DNA of 64,000 nt. It comes from a virus (lineage: Duplodnaviria; Heunggongvirae; Uroviricota; Caudoviricetes). Below are positions 19,332-28,612 of this stretch, piece after piece; the first letter of the stretch is position 1; each line of letters begins with the position of its first letter. The position numbers and the translations under genes are program-made. The notes under the pieces were generated by a model, which saw only the letters and a list, made by a program, of their open reading frames with translations, searched no databases and had not been told where the DNA came from. The stretch is from IMG/VR virus record IMGVR_UViG_3300026473_000783. One strand, given 5' to 3'.

Positions 19332-19640
19332 TTATTTAGCTTTTTCAGCTTCTTGGATTATTTTTGTCGCAATTAAGCTTTCCTGCAGAGTGAGAACTGT
19401 TAAAATTTCAGCGGTTAGAATCGTTTCATTTTTAGAAACTTGAGATTTTATGATCTTAACCATAGCGACAATGTTCCAATTGTGATCTGCAATCATTATG
19501 GGGCTATCAATCACAAATGTTCTATGTCCACTTTTTGAAACTTCAACAATGCTTTTTGGAGTTAGGTTTTGATAGAGAGCTTCCGACTCTTTGGGAGTTG
19601 AACATTTTAGAATATAGTTGATTTCATTTAAATAACCCAT
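19332..19640 (-). CDS. hypothetical protein (102 aa)
   Basis: Downstream of HD gene, likely co-transcribed. Confidence 0.4.
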   Translation of the reverse strand: MGYLNEINYILKCSTPKESEALYQNLTPKSIVEVSKSGHRTFVIDSPIMIADHNWNIVAMVKIIKSQVSKNETILTAEILTVLTLQESLIATKIIQEAEKAK

Positions 19641-19660
19641 TCGTTCCCCTAATCTAAAAT

Positions 19661-20155
19661 TTAAGGTTTGATCTCTTTTGTGATTGTTTCGATAATTTTA
19701 AGCTGTGTTTTAGACATGTTTCGATTATCTTTTAACCAATCTAAAAGCTCAAGAGTGTCTGTTTTATAAGATTCTTTTGGAGAATCTGTAATGTTTGCTA
19801 ATCTGTCAACTAATTTTAGAGTTAAAGCATAACTTGACATGTTTTTCATTTTATTTTTTAAATAAGTGTTTTTTCCAAGTTTTTTAATCTCTTCTTCATC
19901 ACTTGTAAGTTCCCAAACTAAACTTGCGACAAGAGGAGTAAAGTTTTTAGCGATTTCTTCAAAAGAGGTATCAGTATCTTCAAGTGTATCATGAAGAAGC
20001 GCCGCACAGATAAGTTCTTCTATTTTTTTTGATTGTTTGAAGGATGCTAAAAGATAAGAGACTTTAATAGGATGCGACACATAGGGTTGTTTTGAAACTT
20101 TTCTTGTTTGACCCGCATGTTTCGTTTCGGCAAATTTTAAAGCTTTTAATATCAT
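19661..20155 (-). CDS. HD-domain (p)ppGpp hydrolase-like protein (MESH1/SpoT-hydrolase type)
   Basis: ALKFAETKHAGQTRK..PYVSHPI....AALLHDTLEDT...LVDRLANI; paralog 37398..37895. Confidence 0.6.
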   Translation of the reverse strand: MILKALKFAETKHAGQTRKVSKQPYVSHPIKVSYLLASFKQSKKIEELICAALLHDTLEDTDTSFEEIAKNFTPLVASLVWELTSDEEEIKKLGKNTYLKNKMKNMSSYALTLKLVDRLANITDSPKESYKTDTLELLDWLKDNRNMSKTQLKIIETITKEIKP

Positions 20156-20185
20156 AAAGCCTTCTTTCTTGGTTCTTCACTTATA

Positions 20186-20320
20186 GAAGCAAATTTGAAG
20201 CCAATCCCTTAAAGCGTTATGGTTGATTTGAATATGGTGCTGTCAAAAGTTTAGATAACGAAAATCGTTAACTACTTGATTTTATTAGGCGTAAAAGTTT
20301 TAGGCAGTGATTAACCCTCA
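20186..20320 (-). promoter_or_regulatory. sigma-54 promoter cassette
   Basis: TTGGCTTCAAATTTGCT; UAS 20275-20320; drives HD-hydrolase operon. Confidence 0.6.
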
Positions 20321-20457
20321 TACAGGAAGATTCGATCCATTTGCATAAATTTTTCAATAATCCATATCATCACTATCTTCGAGCCAGCCTAAATCAACTA
20401 TGTCGGCGATAATTTTAATAATTTGAAAAGCATCTTCGATATCGGGTTGATATAGTT

Positions 20458-20691
20458 TCATTCCATTTCCATTTTTGATATAGCAATTTTCCAAAAATCT
20501 TCAGCTTCTTGACCATTTGAAAACGACAATAATGTAGCTTCGCTGTCTTCCAGTTTTTTATAATATATGAAAATTCGAATTGAATCGCTGCCATGAACTG
20601 ATCGAACAACGTTTCTAACTTCAGAAAAATCTATAATCAGATCATTGCTAACATAGATTTTTGAAAAGTTATTTCTTTGATTTTGACTCAT
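20458..20691 (-). CDS. hypothetical protein (77 aa)
   Basis: ORF immediately downstream of CSD-like gene. Confidence 0.3.
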   Translation of the reverse strand: MSQNQRNNFSKIYVSNDLIIDFSEVRNVVRSVHGSDSIRIFIYYKKLEDSEATLLSFSNGQEAEDFWKIAISKMEME

Positions 20692-20700
20692 TTGGGATCT

Positions 20701-20907
20701 CTAATCTTTATAAGCAAATAATGAATTGCTTTTCGTTGATTTCACATAAGCTTCTATTTCGCCCCCGACAGGAAGTGAGAGAAGTTTTAAGGAATTATTT
20801 GGTAGATAATAAGAATTAAGAAAAACAACTGATCCATCATGTAGAGAAGCTTCTCCAATGCCTTTAAGCGCGTCAAACCATAATAGTTTTAATTTTTGTT
20901 TTTTCAT
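20701..20907 (-). CDS. cold-shock-domain-like small protein
   Basis: Paralog of 587..793; sigma-28-like promoter 20925-20951. Confidence 0.5.
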   Translation of the reverse strand: MKKQKLKLLWFDALKGIGEASLHDGSVVFLNSYYLPNNSLKLLSLPVGGEIEAYVKSTKSNSLFAYKD

Positions 20908-20924
20908 GTCAACCTCTTCAATTC

Positions 20925-20951
20925 TTATCGGTTAGTTGTTCTAAAACTTTA
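20925..20951 (-). promoter_or_regulatory. sigma-28-type promoter candidate
   Basis: TAAAGTTT-N11-ACCGATAA upstream of second CSD-like gene. Confidence 0.5.
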
Positions 20952-21029
20952 GCTTTTATTTTGACTCAAAATGATAAATTACACTCTTTTCATTATTGAG
21001 ATAAACCAAAAATCCAATTATCTAAATGA

Positions 21030-21422
21030 TTATTTTTGATTGAATTGTTTAAGAAGACCAATTCCAACGATCACAGACGAGATCCAGCCGTAGATGTCAG
21101 CTAAATTAGCGACACAATAATTCAAATTAATGAAATCAACCACTCCAGCAGAATCAAAGCGACCCACATAGTTCCCTAAGAAAGAGGCTAAAACGAGCGC
21201 ATAAGCCCACTGTTGAGATTTTTTAGATTCAAGCATAGAAACTGTGAAAAGAGAGAATCCAATCAAGGCAAGAGGCGCTCCAAACTTTATAAGGTCATTT
21301 GAAGCTAAATTAAAGACCATATCTTTATTGTAAACAACCAAGTTTGGGAAGAAAAGAGTTGCCATTTTTTTTGAAGCAAGGTCTAAAACTAAAAGAATGA
21401 TTGTTTTGATTGCTGTGTTCAT
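21030..21422 (-). CDS. signal peptidase II (LspA)-like membrane protein
   Basis: GVVDFINL....VANLADIYG...VIVGIGLL resembles LspA VVDF / FNxAD motifs; paralog 38588..38980. Confidence 0.5.
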   Translation of the reverse strand: MNTAIKTIILLVLDLASKKMATLFFPNLVVYNKDMVFNLASNDLIKFGAPLALIGFSLFTVSMLESKKSQQWAYALVLASFLGNYVGRFDSAGVVDFINLNYCVANLADIYGWISSVIVGIGLLKQFNQK

Positions 21423-21433
21423 GCTAAATCAAG

Positions 21434-21570
21434 GGTGCAATTCCAATACCAGCATTAAGTCGCTTATGTTTGATTTAATAGAGGCTCGTGTCAAAACAAA
21501 TGACAAACATCCACTAAGATATTGATTTTATTTGGTGTCAAACTTTTAGGCGATGATTAAAGGATTGACA
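21434..21570 (-). promoter_or_regulatory. sigma-54 promoter cassette
   Basis: CTGGTATTGGAATTGCA; UAS 21522-21570 with perfect TGTCAAAC-N20-TTGACA; ATG 15 nt from -12. Confidence 0.55.
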
Positions 21571-21964
21571 TTAGTTTTTGCTTTTTTTTGAGATTTGAGA
21601 GAGTTGTTTTAAAATCTGGATTTGGAACAATCTTAACCCCTCGATAGAAATCTTCATTAATTTCTAAGGCTTCTAAACAAAAATCAACAGATTGGGTTTT
21701 CATGAGGGAAAGAAGATCATTTCCTCTATCACCATAAAGCTCTTTAATAGCTTCTAAAACTACTATATAATTTGGATTATTCATAAATGCCAAAACAGAA
21801 TAATCACTATGTATGAAGCGAAATTGTTCATGAGGCTCTAAGCTATTTAGGACTTCTACATAAGAGTCAAATTCTTCTTGATTACAGCGACTATCCTTAA
21901 CCCAATTTTGAAACCATCCACTGTATTCGTTAAGAGCGTTCAATAGCTCAGTTTGTTCTTTCAT
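21557..21964 (-). CDS. family-B DUF4116-like repeat protein
   Basis: ...DFCLEALEINEDFYRGVKIVPNPDFKTTLSNLKKKQKLMSIL. Confidence 0.5.
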   Translation of the reverse strand: MKEQTELLNALNEYSGWFQNWVKDSRCNQEEFDSYVEVLNSLEPHEQFRFIHSDYSVLAFMNNPNYIVVLEAIKELYGDRGNDLLSLMKTQSVDFCLEALEINEDFYRGVKIVPNPDFKTTLSNLKKKQKLMSIL

Positions 21965-21970
21965 GACCTT

Positions 21971-22252
21971 TTATCCTACCTGAATATTATTTCTTTTAAG
22001 CAGGGCTTTGTATTGATTTGAAAAATTAACGACAACCACATTATCGACTCGGTCCAACACTTTTTGACCATTTGATTCTACATCAAATTGAGAATAATAA
22101 TCTTTATATTCTTTTTGAGATTGAGCCTCAACTTCTTTAATGATTGATTGGCTCATTTCAAGTCCAACAGAAGAAACTTCTTTTCTGATCGTTAAAAGTT
22201 TATCTAAAGTAAAGATTGAAACAACTGCGATAATTGATAAAATTAAAAACAT
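21971..22252 (-). CDS. small membrane protein (94 aa)
   Basis: Sigma-54 -24/-12 at 22278-22297 lies inside track ORF; internal Met 22252 with RBS GGGAG. Confidence 0.45.
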   Translation of the reverse strand: MFLILSIIAVVSIFTLDKLLTIRKEVSSVGLEMSQSIIKEVEAQSQKEYKDYYSQFDVESNGQKVLDRVDNVVVVNFSNQYKALLKRNNIQVG

Positions 22253-22277
22253 ATAGCTCCCTTGTTTTCTTCTTAGA

Positions 22278-22415
22278 GATGCAATCAAAATGCCAGCATC
22301 TAAAGCCTTTATATTGTGTTTAAAATCCTTCATTGTCAAAGAGTTGATCATTCTTTGTCTAACCCCTTAATTTTATTAGGTGTCAAACTTTTAGGCGATG
22401 AATAGAACTTTTACA
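22278..22415 (-). promoter_or_regulatory. sigma-54 promoter cassette
   Basis: CTGGCATTTTGATTGCA; UAS 22366-22415. Confidence 0.6.
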
Positions 22416-22565
22416 AGAGTGTTTTCTCATTTTATCTAAAAATCCAAAAATATCGTTTATATCCGTTTTCATGATTAAACAATTCTTATTCTTCTTTTAA
22501 ACAATTCTGATTAATTTCTTTATTGAAAACATTTGGCTCCACTCTTCTGTATCTTGCTAAAGAAA

Positions 22566-22916
22566 TTATCGTCGATTCTTTAGATTTTTATAATAATCAA
22601 AGTATCTTGGTGAGGCAGGGTGGTTATCAGGATCGTGATGAACAAACCCCACGAGCACCATAAGAAGAGGCACAATAAGCATAAGATTGCCAACTACATT
22701 TGGATTATCATACCAAGGAACATTTGCAACATCCGATTCTTGAACTATTGTTTGGGGAACAGATCCGATTTTTTGACAAGTGTATCCGTTTATTGTTTCA
22801 ACGCAAGAAACTTTTGATGTATCCACGAATGGATTCTTATTCCAAGGCACATTTGCGGTATCTGCTTGAGCCATTGCTGATCCGATAATTAGAGCTGCGA
22901 ACATGATTTTTTTCAT
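22566..22916 (-). CDS. secreted/membrane-anchored protein with ANVPW(N/Y)xNP repeats
   Basis: Signal peptide MKKIMFAALIIGSAMAQA after RBS AAGGAA; C-terminal TM. Confidence 0.45.
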   Translation of the reverse strand: MKKIMFAALIIGSAMAQADTANVPWNKNPFVDTSKVSCVETINGYTCQKIGSVPQTIVQESDVANVPWYDNPNVVGNLMLIVPLLMVLVGFVHHDPDNHPASPRYFDYYKNLKNRR

Positions 22917-22948
22917 AAAATTTCCTTTTTTGTTTTTCATTCCTTTAT

Positions 22949-23088
22949 GTAGCAAATGAAATGCCAGCCTCTAAAGCCTTTATGTTTGATCTAACAAGAG
23001 AGGGTTGTTTAAGAAATTGACAAATCTATTCTAAGTGGTTGATTTTATTAGGTGTCAAACTTATAAACGACGACTAAACTTTTAACAT
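22949..23088 (-). promoter_or_regulatory. sigma-54 promoter cassette
   Basis: CTGGCATTTCATTTGCT; UAS 23038-23088. Confidence 0.6.
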
Positions 23089-23435
23089 CAAAAATCATAA
23101 GAATAGAGGATCTTATCTTTTTTGAAAATAAGAGAATGATTCTTGTTTTTTATTTCAAATTTAGGATCACTCATCCAATAAGCGACAGCAAGAGGTTTTG
23201 ACATACCTGTTTTTTCAACCAACACTTGACCCCTATAGTTGATGTTTTTCTCAACTATCTTAAGATCTTCGCAAATTTGAACCTTAGAACTTTGACAAGC
23301 TTCCAAAACTGTCCGAATCGGATCTGAAAAAGCATAAATTGGAATTAATAGAATTAAAACGATTTTAAGCAACATATTGACCCGCCAAAAATTGAATCGG
23401 CATAACTGTGATAAGTTTGTTTTGTTGGAAAACAA
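23088..23435 (-). CDS. hypothetical secreted protein
   Basis: Internal signal-like segment LLKIVLILLIPIYAFS. Confidence 0.3.
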   Translation of the reverse strand: MFSNKTNLSQLCRFNFWRVNMLLKIVLILLIPIYAFSDPIRTVLEACQSSKVQICEDLKIVEKNINYRGQVLVEKTGMSKPLAVAYWMSDPKFEIKNKNHSLIFKKDKILYSYDF

Positions 23436-23634
23436 AGATCTTATCTGCTAATAAGAAAGCTTTTGATCCATTGTGCTTTTTTGATTTTTCGATATAAGAA
23501 TCTTTAAGGGGAGATTCCAAGATGTCAATTCCTTGGTTTATCGCTTTTTTAGCAAAAAACTTAAGAGCTGACGCGTCCATTTTGAATCTTTCAAAAGCTC
23601 TATCTATAGCATGTTGGCTTATTATTAAGTTCAT
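23365..23634 (-). CDS. hypothetical protein (~90 aa)
   Basis: Track start TTG; ATG at 23634 lies 14 nt from the sigma-54 -12. Confidence 0.4.
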   Translation of the reverse strand: MNLIISQHAIDRAFERFKMDASALKFFAKKAINQGIDILESPLKDSYIEKSKKHNGSKAFLLADKIFVFQQNKLITVMPIQFLAGQYVA

Positions 23635-23644
23635 AACAAACAAA

Positions 23645-23780
23645 GAAGCAAGAATAGAGCCAGCTTCAAATTAAACAGGTTAGACCTAATAGAACTGATT
23701 GTTTAGAGAATTGACATAAATCTTCTAACCACTTGATTTTATTGGGTGTCAAACTTATAGGCGATGGAGAATTGTTTTAC
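23645..23780 (-). promoter_or_regulatory. sigma-54 promoter cassette
   Basis: CTGGCTCTATTCTTGCT; UAS 23733-23780. Confidence 0.55.
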
Positions 23781-24382
23781 AATCCAAGAGCAAGAGCTTT
23801 TTCTGGAGTCATCTTGTAAGTGAATCGAATTCTTCTCGAAACTTTAAATGTTGATATTTGGTTTGAGTCAATAGTTCCCATCTTATAATTTGGTCCAAAA
23901 GTTTTTTCTAATCTTTCATTGCTCATGTTGAAAAGAGCAGTCATCGCGATTGGTAAAAATTTTCTTTTATCTTCACTGATCACATAGTGGATTTTCTTAG
24001 ATTTTGGAACTTTTGTTGTTTTCATCGAATGTTTCACATTGATTTTAGCGTTATGTGTTTGATTAAGTTCATTCATTTTAGCTAAAAATTGAGATCCATG
24101 AGAAGGTCTTTTTTTTAAGATTTGAATTTCCCAAATGTGGATAAGTTCATGAGCAATAACTGAGATCAATTCTTGTTCTGTCCAGTTAAAGTTTTTAGAA
24201 ATTTTCATTTCTCTCACAAGAACTATTTGCCCAAATAAAGTGTTAAAATGAACTTGTCCAGCTGCTTTTGACGTGTTAGATAGCTTGATTGGAAAATTGA
24301 TATTAAGCTCTCCATTGAACATTGAAGCATTTACATGGTGAGTTAGTTCTATGATTTGTTGAAGAAGTTGTTTGTTTTCCAT
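23777..24382 (-). CDS. SprT-like zinc metalloprotease-family protein
   Basis: VIAHELIHIWE...HGSQFLAKM (HExxH + HG..F); start reassigned to Met 24382, 15 nt from -12. Confidence 0.5.
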   Translation of the reverse strand: MENKQLLQQIIELTHHVNASMFNGELNINFPIKLSNTSKAAGQVHFNTLFGQIVLVREMKISKNFNWTEQELISVIAHELIHIWEIQILKKRPSHGSQFLAKMNELNQTHNAKINVKHSMKTTKVPKSKKIHYVISEDKRKFLPIAMTALFNMSNERLEKTFGPNYKMGTIDSNQISTFKVSRRIRFTYKMTPEKALALGL

Positions 24383-24393
24383 GATTTTAGATA

Positions 24394-24532
24394 GATGCAA
24401 TTTAATTGCCACCTTTAAATGGAATCTATTCGATCTAATAGAGGGGATTGTTTAGAGAGTTGACACAAATCTTCTAAGTGTTTGATTTTATTAAGTGTCG
24501 ATCTTTTAGTCGGTGTTTAATCGTTTGTCAAT
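24394..24532 (-). promoter_or_regulatory. sigma-54 promoter cassette
   Basis: GTGGCAATTAAATTGCA; UAS 24482-24532 (variant). Confidence 0.5.
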
Positions 24533-24680
24533 CTTCTCCAAATCCGACAGAATGATTATATGTTTTACAATTTAAACAAACACAGCGATCATAATGAGAA
24601 TCTGTAATTTTCCATTGATGTTTTCCAAAAAAAACATTTTATAAAACTTATGAAGCGGCTCATTTTATTCCTTTTTAAAA

Positions 24681-24929
24681 TTAATCTTCCAATTCCATAT
24701 CTTTTAAGAGTTCTGGAAAACATCCACAATCTTCAGTTTTAGATGTTTCTTCTGCTGTTGTCCATTTTTTTTCAATGACAAGCCCAGTTTTAGCGGACCA
24801 TTTGGAAATGAGTTGATTTGAAACTTCATGATGTTCATAAACTTTTTTGCCATCGACAAATAAACCTTCCCAATCGTTTCCAGTTGATACTAAAACTAAT
24901 GATTTGTATTTTTTTGCGCTTTTTTTCAT
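24681..24929 (-). CDS. hypothetical protein (82 aa)
   Basis: ORF only. Confidence 0.35.
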   Translation of the reverse strand: MKKSAKKYKSLVLVSTGNDWEGLFVDGKKVYEHHEVSNQLISKWSAKTGLVIEKKWTTAEETSKTEDCGCFPELLKDMELED

Positions 24930-25139
24930 AGATTTATCTTCTCTTCATTTGTGGTAATTGTCAATGTTTATTTAAATTCTTCGATTTTGTGATTGGAACG
25001 AATAAATTCTTCAATTTCTCCACTAAGATTCCAAAAGATAACAGCACCTTTTGGGGGAATAATTTTAATAGGGGTTAAAGTTTGTGGATTTGATAAGCTT
25101 AATTGTTAAAAGTTTAGACGGTTTATGGTCTAAGCTCTT

Positions 25140-25185
25140 GATTTAAGGAGGTGTCAAACTTTTATCTGATGTTTAAAATATAATC
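25140..25185 (-). promoter_or_regulatory. UAS-like palindromic site without a recognisable -24/-12 partner
   Basis: cttgatttaaggaggtgtcaaacttttatctgatg; no GG-N10-GC found between here and 24929. Confidence 0.3.
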
Positions 25186-25669
25186 AGCGATTAATTGCGT
25201 CTAAAATAGCTTTCTTTTCTTTTAGATTTCGAAGCGTTGTCTCAAAATCTGGATTTGAAACTATTTTTACATCTCTAAAACAAATCGGAAACTCTTCTAA
25301 AGCTAAAATACATAAATCAACGCTTTGATTTTGGATTTCTGTCATAACAAAAGGATTTAAACCCATAGCTAATTCACATAAATGTTTTTTTTGATCTTTA
25401 ACAAATTTAATAGACCACGGATCTCTGTTTATTGCTGATTTACAGATTGAATCGTTTTGATTTAAGATTACGGATAAAATTGTAGAATCTATTGATAAGT
25501 ATTTACAGACTTCCTCTTCACTAATTTGATTTAGCCAATTTTTAAAAAGATTCATTTCTTGATCAGAGCATATTTCAGTTCTTGACCAATTCATAAATGA
25601 ATAATGGTTATGCCCTTTATAAGATTCTAGTTTTGATTCAAATAATGTTTTTATGTCTTCATTTGTCAT
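25184..25669 (-). CDS. family-B DUF4116-like repeat protein
   Basis: MTNEDIKTLFE...VKIVSNPDFETTLRNLKEKKAILDAINR. Confidence 0.55.
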   Translation of the reverse strand: MTNEDIKTLFESKLESYKGHNHYSFMNWSRTEICSDQEMNLFKNWLNQISEEEVCKYLSIDSTILSVILNQNDSICKSAINRDPWSIKFVKDQKKHLCELAMGLNPFVMTEIQNQSVDLCILALEEFPICFRDVKIVSNPDFETTLRNLKEKKAILDAINR

Positions 25670-25678
25670 TCAATAACC

Positions 25679-25706
25679 TAATCGGATCTTTTAATTAAAA
25701 ACTTAA
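25679..25706 (-). promoter_or_regulatory. sigma-28-type promoter candidate (weaker)
   Basis: TTAAGTTT-N11-TCCGATTA. Confidence 0.3.
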
Positions 25707-25711
25707 ATGTT

Positions 25712-26545
25712 TTATTTTGATTCACTCATTTTCAACAAGTCTTGTCTAACCTTATTTAAATGATCCTCAGATTGAGGCACTCCAGAGACATTTAATTTTA
25801 AGAAGTATTCCATTTTATCTTTTAAAGTCCAACTCTCATCGCCACGTCCCAATGTTATATTATAATTTAAAAAATGATTTTTATCTTTTTGAGAGAGTTG
25901 AGAAAACGTTTTACCTCTATATGAGAATTGATCTTCATAGTATTGGATTAAAGTGGTTAGTCTTTGTTTTCCATCTAAAATTTCAAAGCCTGGGCTGTTT
26001 TCTTTATAGGGAAGCTCGACCATTACGAATTTTCCAATTTCTACCGCGTTAAAAATGCTTTCTATCAATTTTTCTTTATCTTTTAAATCCCAACAAAGCT
26101 CTCTTTGATAAGAGGGGTTGTAGTCAATTCCAAAAGAGTAATGATAGCTAAATAAAGAATCAATTGAAGCGTTGTGAAAGGAGATTTGTCTTTTTGAACT
26201 TAAATGATTAGAAAAATCTGAAGATTCTTCAAAATTTTCAGGTAAAGCTTCTAAGTGGTGAATGTAGCGGATTGTTTTTTCATTATTTTTTGAATAAATT
26301 TCACACTTTAAAATACGGCCTTCATCAATGACCTCTAAAACAATCATAAAGTCCCAATGAGCAGTCCTTGGTTTTATTTTATCTCCAACTTTAAATTGAA
26401 ATTGAGGAGTTGTCATTGGATATTGTTTTAATTTTAATAATTCAGAATTTAACAAAGATTCAAGTCTCTTCTCTTCTTGCAATGCTTTATTTTTTTCTCT
26501 TGATTGACTTCTTTTAAGCTTGGCTTCCTCTGTCATTTTTCTCAT
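25712..26545 (-). CDS. DUF262 (ParB-like nuclease domain) protein
   Basis: FEILDGKQRLTTL = DUF262 DGQQR motif; no DUF1524/HNH partner seen. Confidence 0.5.
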   Translation of the reverse strand: MRKMTEEAKLKRSQSREKNKALQEEKRLESLLNSELLKLKQYPMTTPQFQFKVGDKIKPRTAHWDFMIVLEVIDEGRILKCEIYSKNNEKTIRYIHHLEALPENFEESSDFSNHLSSKRQISFHNASIDSLFSYHYSFGIDYNPSYQRELCWDLKDKEKLIESIFNAVEIGKFVMVELPYKENSPGFEILDGKQRLTTLIQYYEDQFSYRGKTFSQLSQKDKNHFLNYNITLGRGDESWTLKDKMEYFLKLNVSGVPQSEDHLNKVRQDLLKMSESK

Positions 26546-26599
26546 AAAATTCCCTTCAAAAGATCCTTAAATTCGTCAAATCTTCACCTCTTAATAAAA

Positions 26600-26626
26600 T
26601 TATCGGAATAATTCATTTAAACTTTA
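26600..26626 (-). promoter_or_regulatory. sigma-28-type promoter candidate
   Basis: TAAAGTTT-N11-TCCGATAA upstream of DUF262 gene. Confidence 0.45.
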
Positions 26627-26629
26627 GCT

Positions 26630-27097
26630 TTATTTTAATAAATCTAAAATGGCTTTTTTTTCATATAAATTCTTTAAAGTGGTTTCATAGTCTGGATTTG
26701 GGACAATTCTAATGTGTTTATAATTTGGCATATATATTTCTAAAGATAAAAGACAAAGATCAACTGTTTGATTTTTTACAAACCTAATCATTGTTGCGTT
26801 TTTACTTATAGCAAGCTTACATAAATGATTTTTTTGATTCTTTATAAAACGAATCGATTCATAATCACAACAAATCGCAAATTCGCATATATGATCGGAC
26901 TGATTTTCAATTATTGATAAAATTGTATGATCTTTTTTAAGATAAAAACAAATTTGGTCTTCATTTAATTGATTGAACCATTTGTAAATAAACGATTGCT
27001 CTCCTTCTTTATAAAATCGATTATCAGACCAAACATTTCTCATTGTGTTTGTTTTTATTTTTTCTTCAAATAGTGTTTTTATTTCTTCGTTTGTCAT
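26630..27097 (-). CDS. family-B DUF4116-like repeat protein
   Basis: MTNEEIKTLFE...IRIVPNPDYETTLKNLYEKKAILDLLK. Confidence 0.55.
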   Translation of the reverse strand: MTNEEIKTLFEEKIKTNTMRNVWSDNRFYKEGEQSFIYKWFNQLNEDQICFYLKKDHTILSIIENQSDHICEFAICCDYESIRFIKNQKNHLCKLAISKNATMIRFVKNQTVDLCLLSLEIYMPNYKHIRIVPNPDYETTLKNLYEKKAILDLLK

Positions 27098-27152
27098 TTA
27101 AAACAGCCTTAAAGGGTTTTATTTAAAAGTCTTCTGAAAGTTTTATATAAAT

Positions 27153-27341
27153 CTAATCGCTTTCTTTTTGATATAATAGCGAATCGCCAACTCCACCAAT
27201 TAAAAAAGCGAAAATAGAAATTAAAAAAGCGAACATGATTTGTTCTCCTCCTAATAATGAAGGAGTGTTCCAAATAAACAAAATTGGAGCACCTATTATA
27301 AGAAGTGGTAATATAAAAACTCGATAAATGATGATTGACAT
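27153..27341 (-). CDS. small membrane protein (62 aa)
   Basis: Two TM segments; sigma-28-like motif 27361-27388. Confidence 0.4.
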   Translation of the reverse strand: MSIIIYRVFILPLLIIGAPILFIWNTPSLLGGEQIMFAFLISIFAFLIGGVGDSLLYQKESD

Positions 27342-27360
27342 ATTGGCCTCCTAAATAGAC

Positions 27361-27388
27361 TTATCGGAATAAATTAAAATAACTTTAG
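27361..27388 (-). promoter_or_regulatory. sigma-28-type promoter candidate
   Basis: TAAAGTTA-N12-TCCGATAA. Confidence 0.4.
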
Positions 27389-27465
27389 TTTTTTAAAAAA
27401 AAGATTTTTTGTATCATTATTGATCGATAATTGAAAAAGGGGGATTTAACCCCCTTTAGAGATAA

Positions 27466-27864
27466 TTATTTAGAAAATGTAGATTCTGCTTTTTGAACTA
27501 GTTCTAATGTGAATTGAGTTAAATCTTTTCGAGAAAGTCTTAAATTTGTATAGGCTGTGATATGACGAGATTTTTCTTTAATAACACTTCCTCCATTTGA
27601 GGTCAGATTTTCTTCTATAATAATTTTAACCTTAAATCCAAACCAATCAACTCTTTCAATTCTAACCTCGTAAGGTTTATCCATAAGTAGATAGATAAGT
27701 TCTTTTAAGTTATCAACTTTTCGATTAAAATTTGAACTATAAAAAGTTAATGTGAAAAGAATAAATAATCCACCAACACTATAAAATTTGTTTAGATTAA
27801 AAAAGAAAGCTAAAGGTAAATGTCCTAAAGTTGCTAGCGCAATTGATGAAAGAAACACATCCAT
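27466..27864 (-). CDS. membrane protein, paralog of 6716..7258
   Basis: Shared C-terminal ~75 aa and duplicated upstream DNA. Confidence 0.45.
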   Translation of the reverse strand: MDVFLSSIALATLGHLPLAFFFNLNKFYSVGGLFILFTLTFYSSNFNRKVDNLKELIYLLMDKPYEVRIERVDWFGFKVKIIIEENLTSNGGSVIKEKSRHITAYTNLRLSRKDLTQFTLELVQKAESTFSK

Positions 27865-28367
27865 AAGAGAAAAAGGGCTGTCTTTTAATAGAAAAACAAT
27901 TCTTTCATCTCTTTGCCCGTTTAAAGTTTTATGACCTTATTTCTTTGAAGGGATTTTTTCCGTTTTCAAAGTTTTTAAATAAGACCATATCTAAAATACC
28001 GTTTTTTATAAGATTTCTCAAAAAGACTCCAGCCCGCCCAATCCACCCTTTCATTCTACCATGTTTTAAGTGCAAAGTCAAGAAAAAAATGAAAATTCTT
28101 AAAATAAGACAACTCTTTTAGCTATTCATTATAAAGTGAACAGTGGAACCTATAGTGGAATAGAAATTCTCAGAAAAACAACAATTTTTCCTTAAAAAGA
28201 TTCTACAAATCTGATCAAATGCCCTAAATTTCGCATAAAACAGCCATTGGCTTGATTTAAAGACAAAAAGACTTCTTCCTTTTTAAAAAACTCAACCTTG
28301 AGCCTTTAAAGAGCTTTTACGAAATAATCTAAAAACCTTATTTTTAATGAATCTTCTAAGATTGAAC

Positions 28368-28601
28368 TTATTTTTTTAATAAATTAGAGAGAAGTTTAAT
28401 GGCTAGTTTTTGTCTTTTAACCATTAGTCTCCCATGTTCTGAGGGGTCTTTTTTGTATTGTTCTAAAGTTTTATAACAATAGTCAATTGTATTAACAATT
28501 GCTTCAATTCTTGTTTTTCCATTTTCAATGAGAGGGTCAGAAGTTTTTACCACTGTTAGTTTTAAAGTTTTCTGTTCAAATCCCTTAACATAATAACCCA
28601 T
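28368..28601 (-). CDS. hypothetical protein (77 aa)
   Basis: RBS GGAG. Confidence 0.35.
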   Translation of the reverse strand: MGYYVKGFEQKTLKLTVVKTSDPLIENGKTRIEAIVNTIDYCYKTLEQYKKDPSEHGRLMVKRQKLAIKLLSNLLKK

Positions 28602-28612
28602 AAATTTCTCCT

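Noticed and set aside
20415-20609. ORF overlapping 20458..20691 in another frame
   Set aside because: Only one of the two can be real; the frame contiguous with the CSD-like operon was kept, at low confidence.
22620-22888. Plus-strand ORFs 22620..22817 and 22700..22888
   Set aside because: Antisense to 22566..22916; no RBS.
25852-26052. Plus-strand ORF inside the DUF262 gene
   Set aside because: Antisense to a gene with a recognisable domain.
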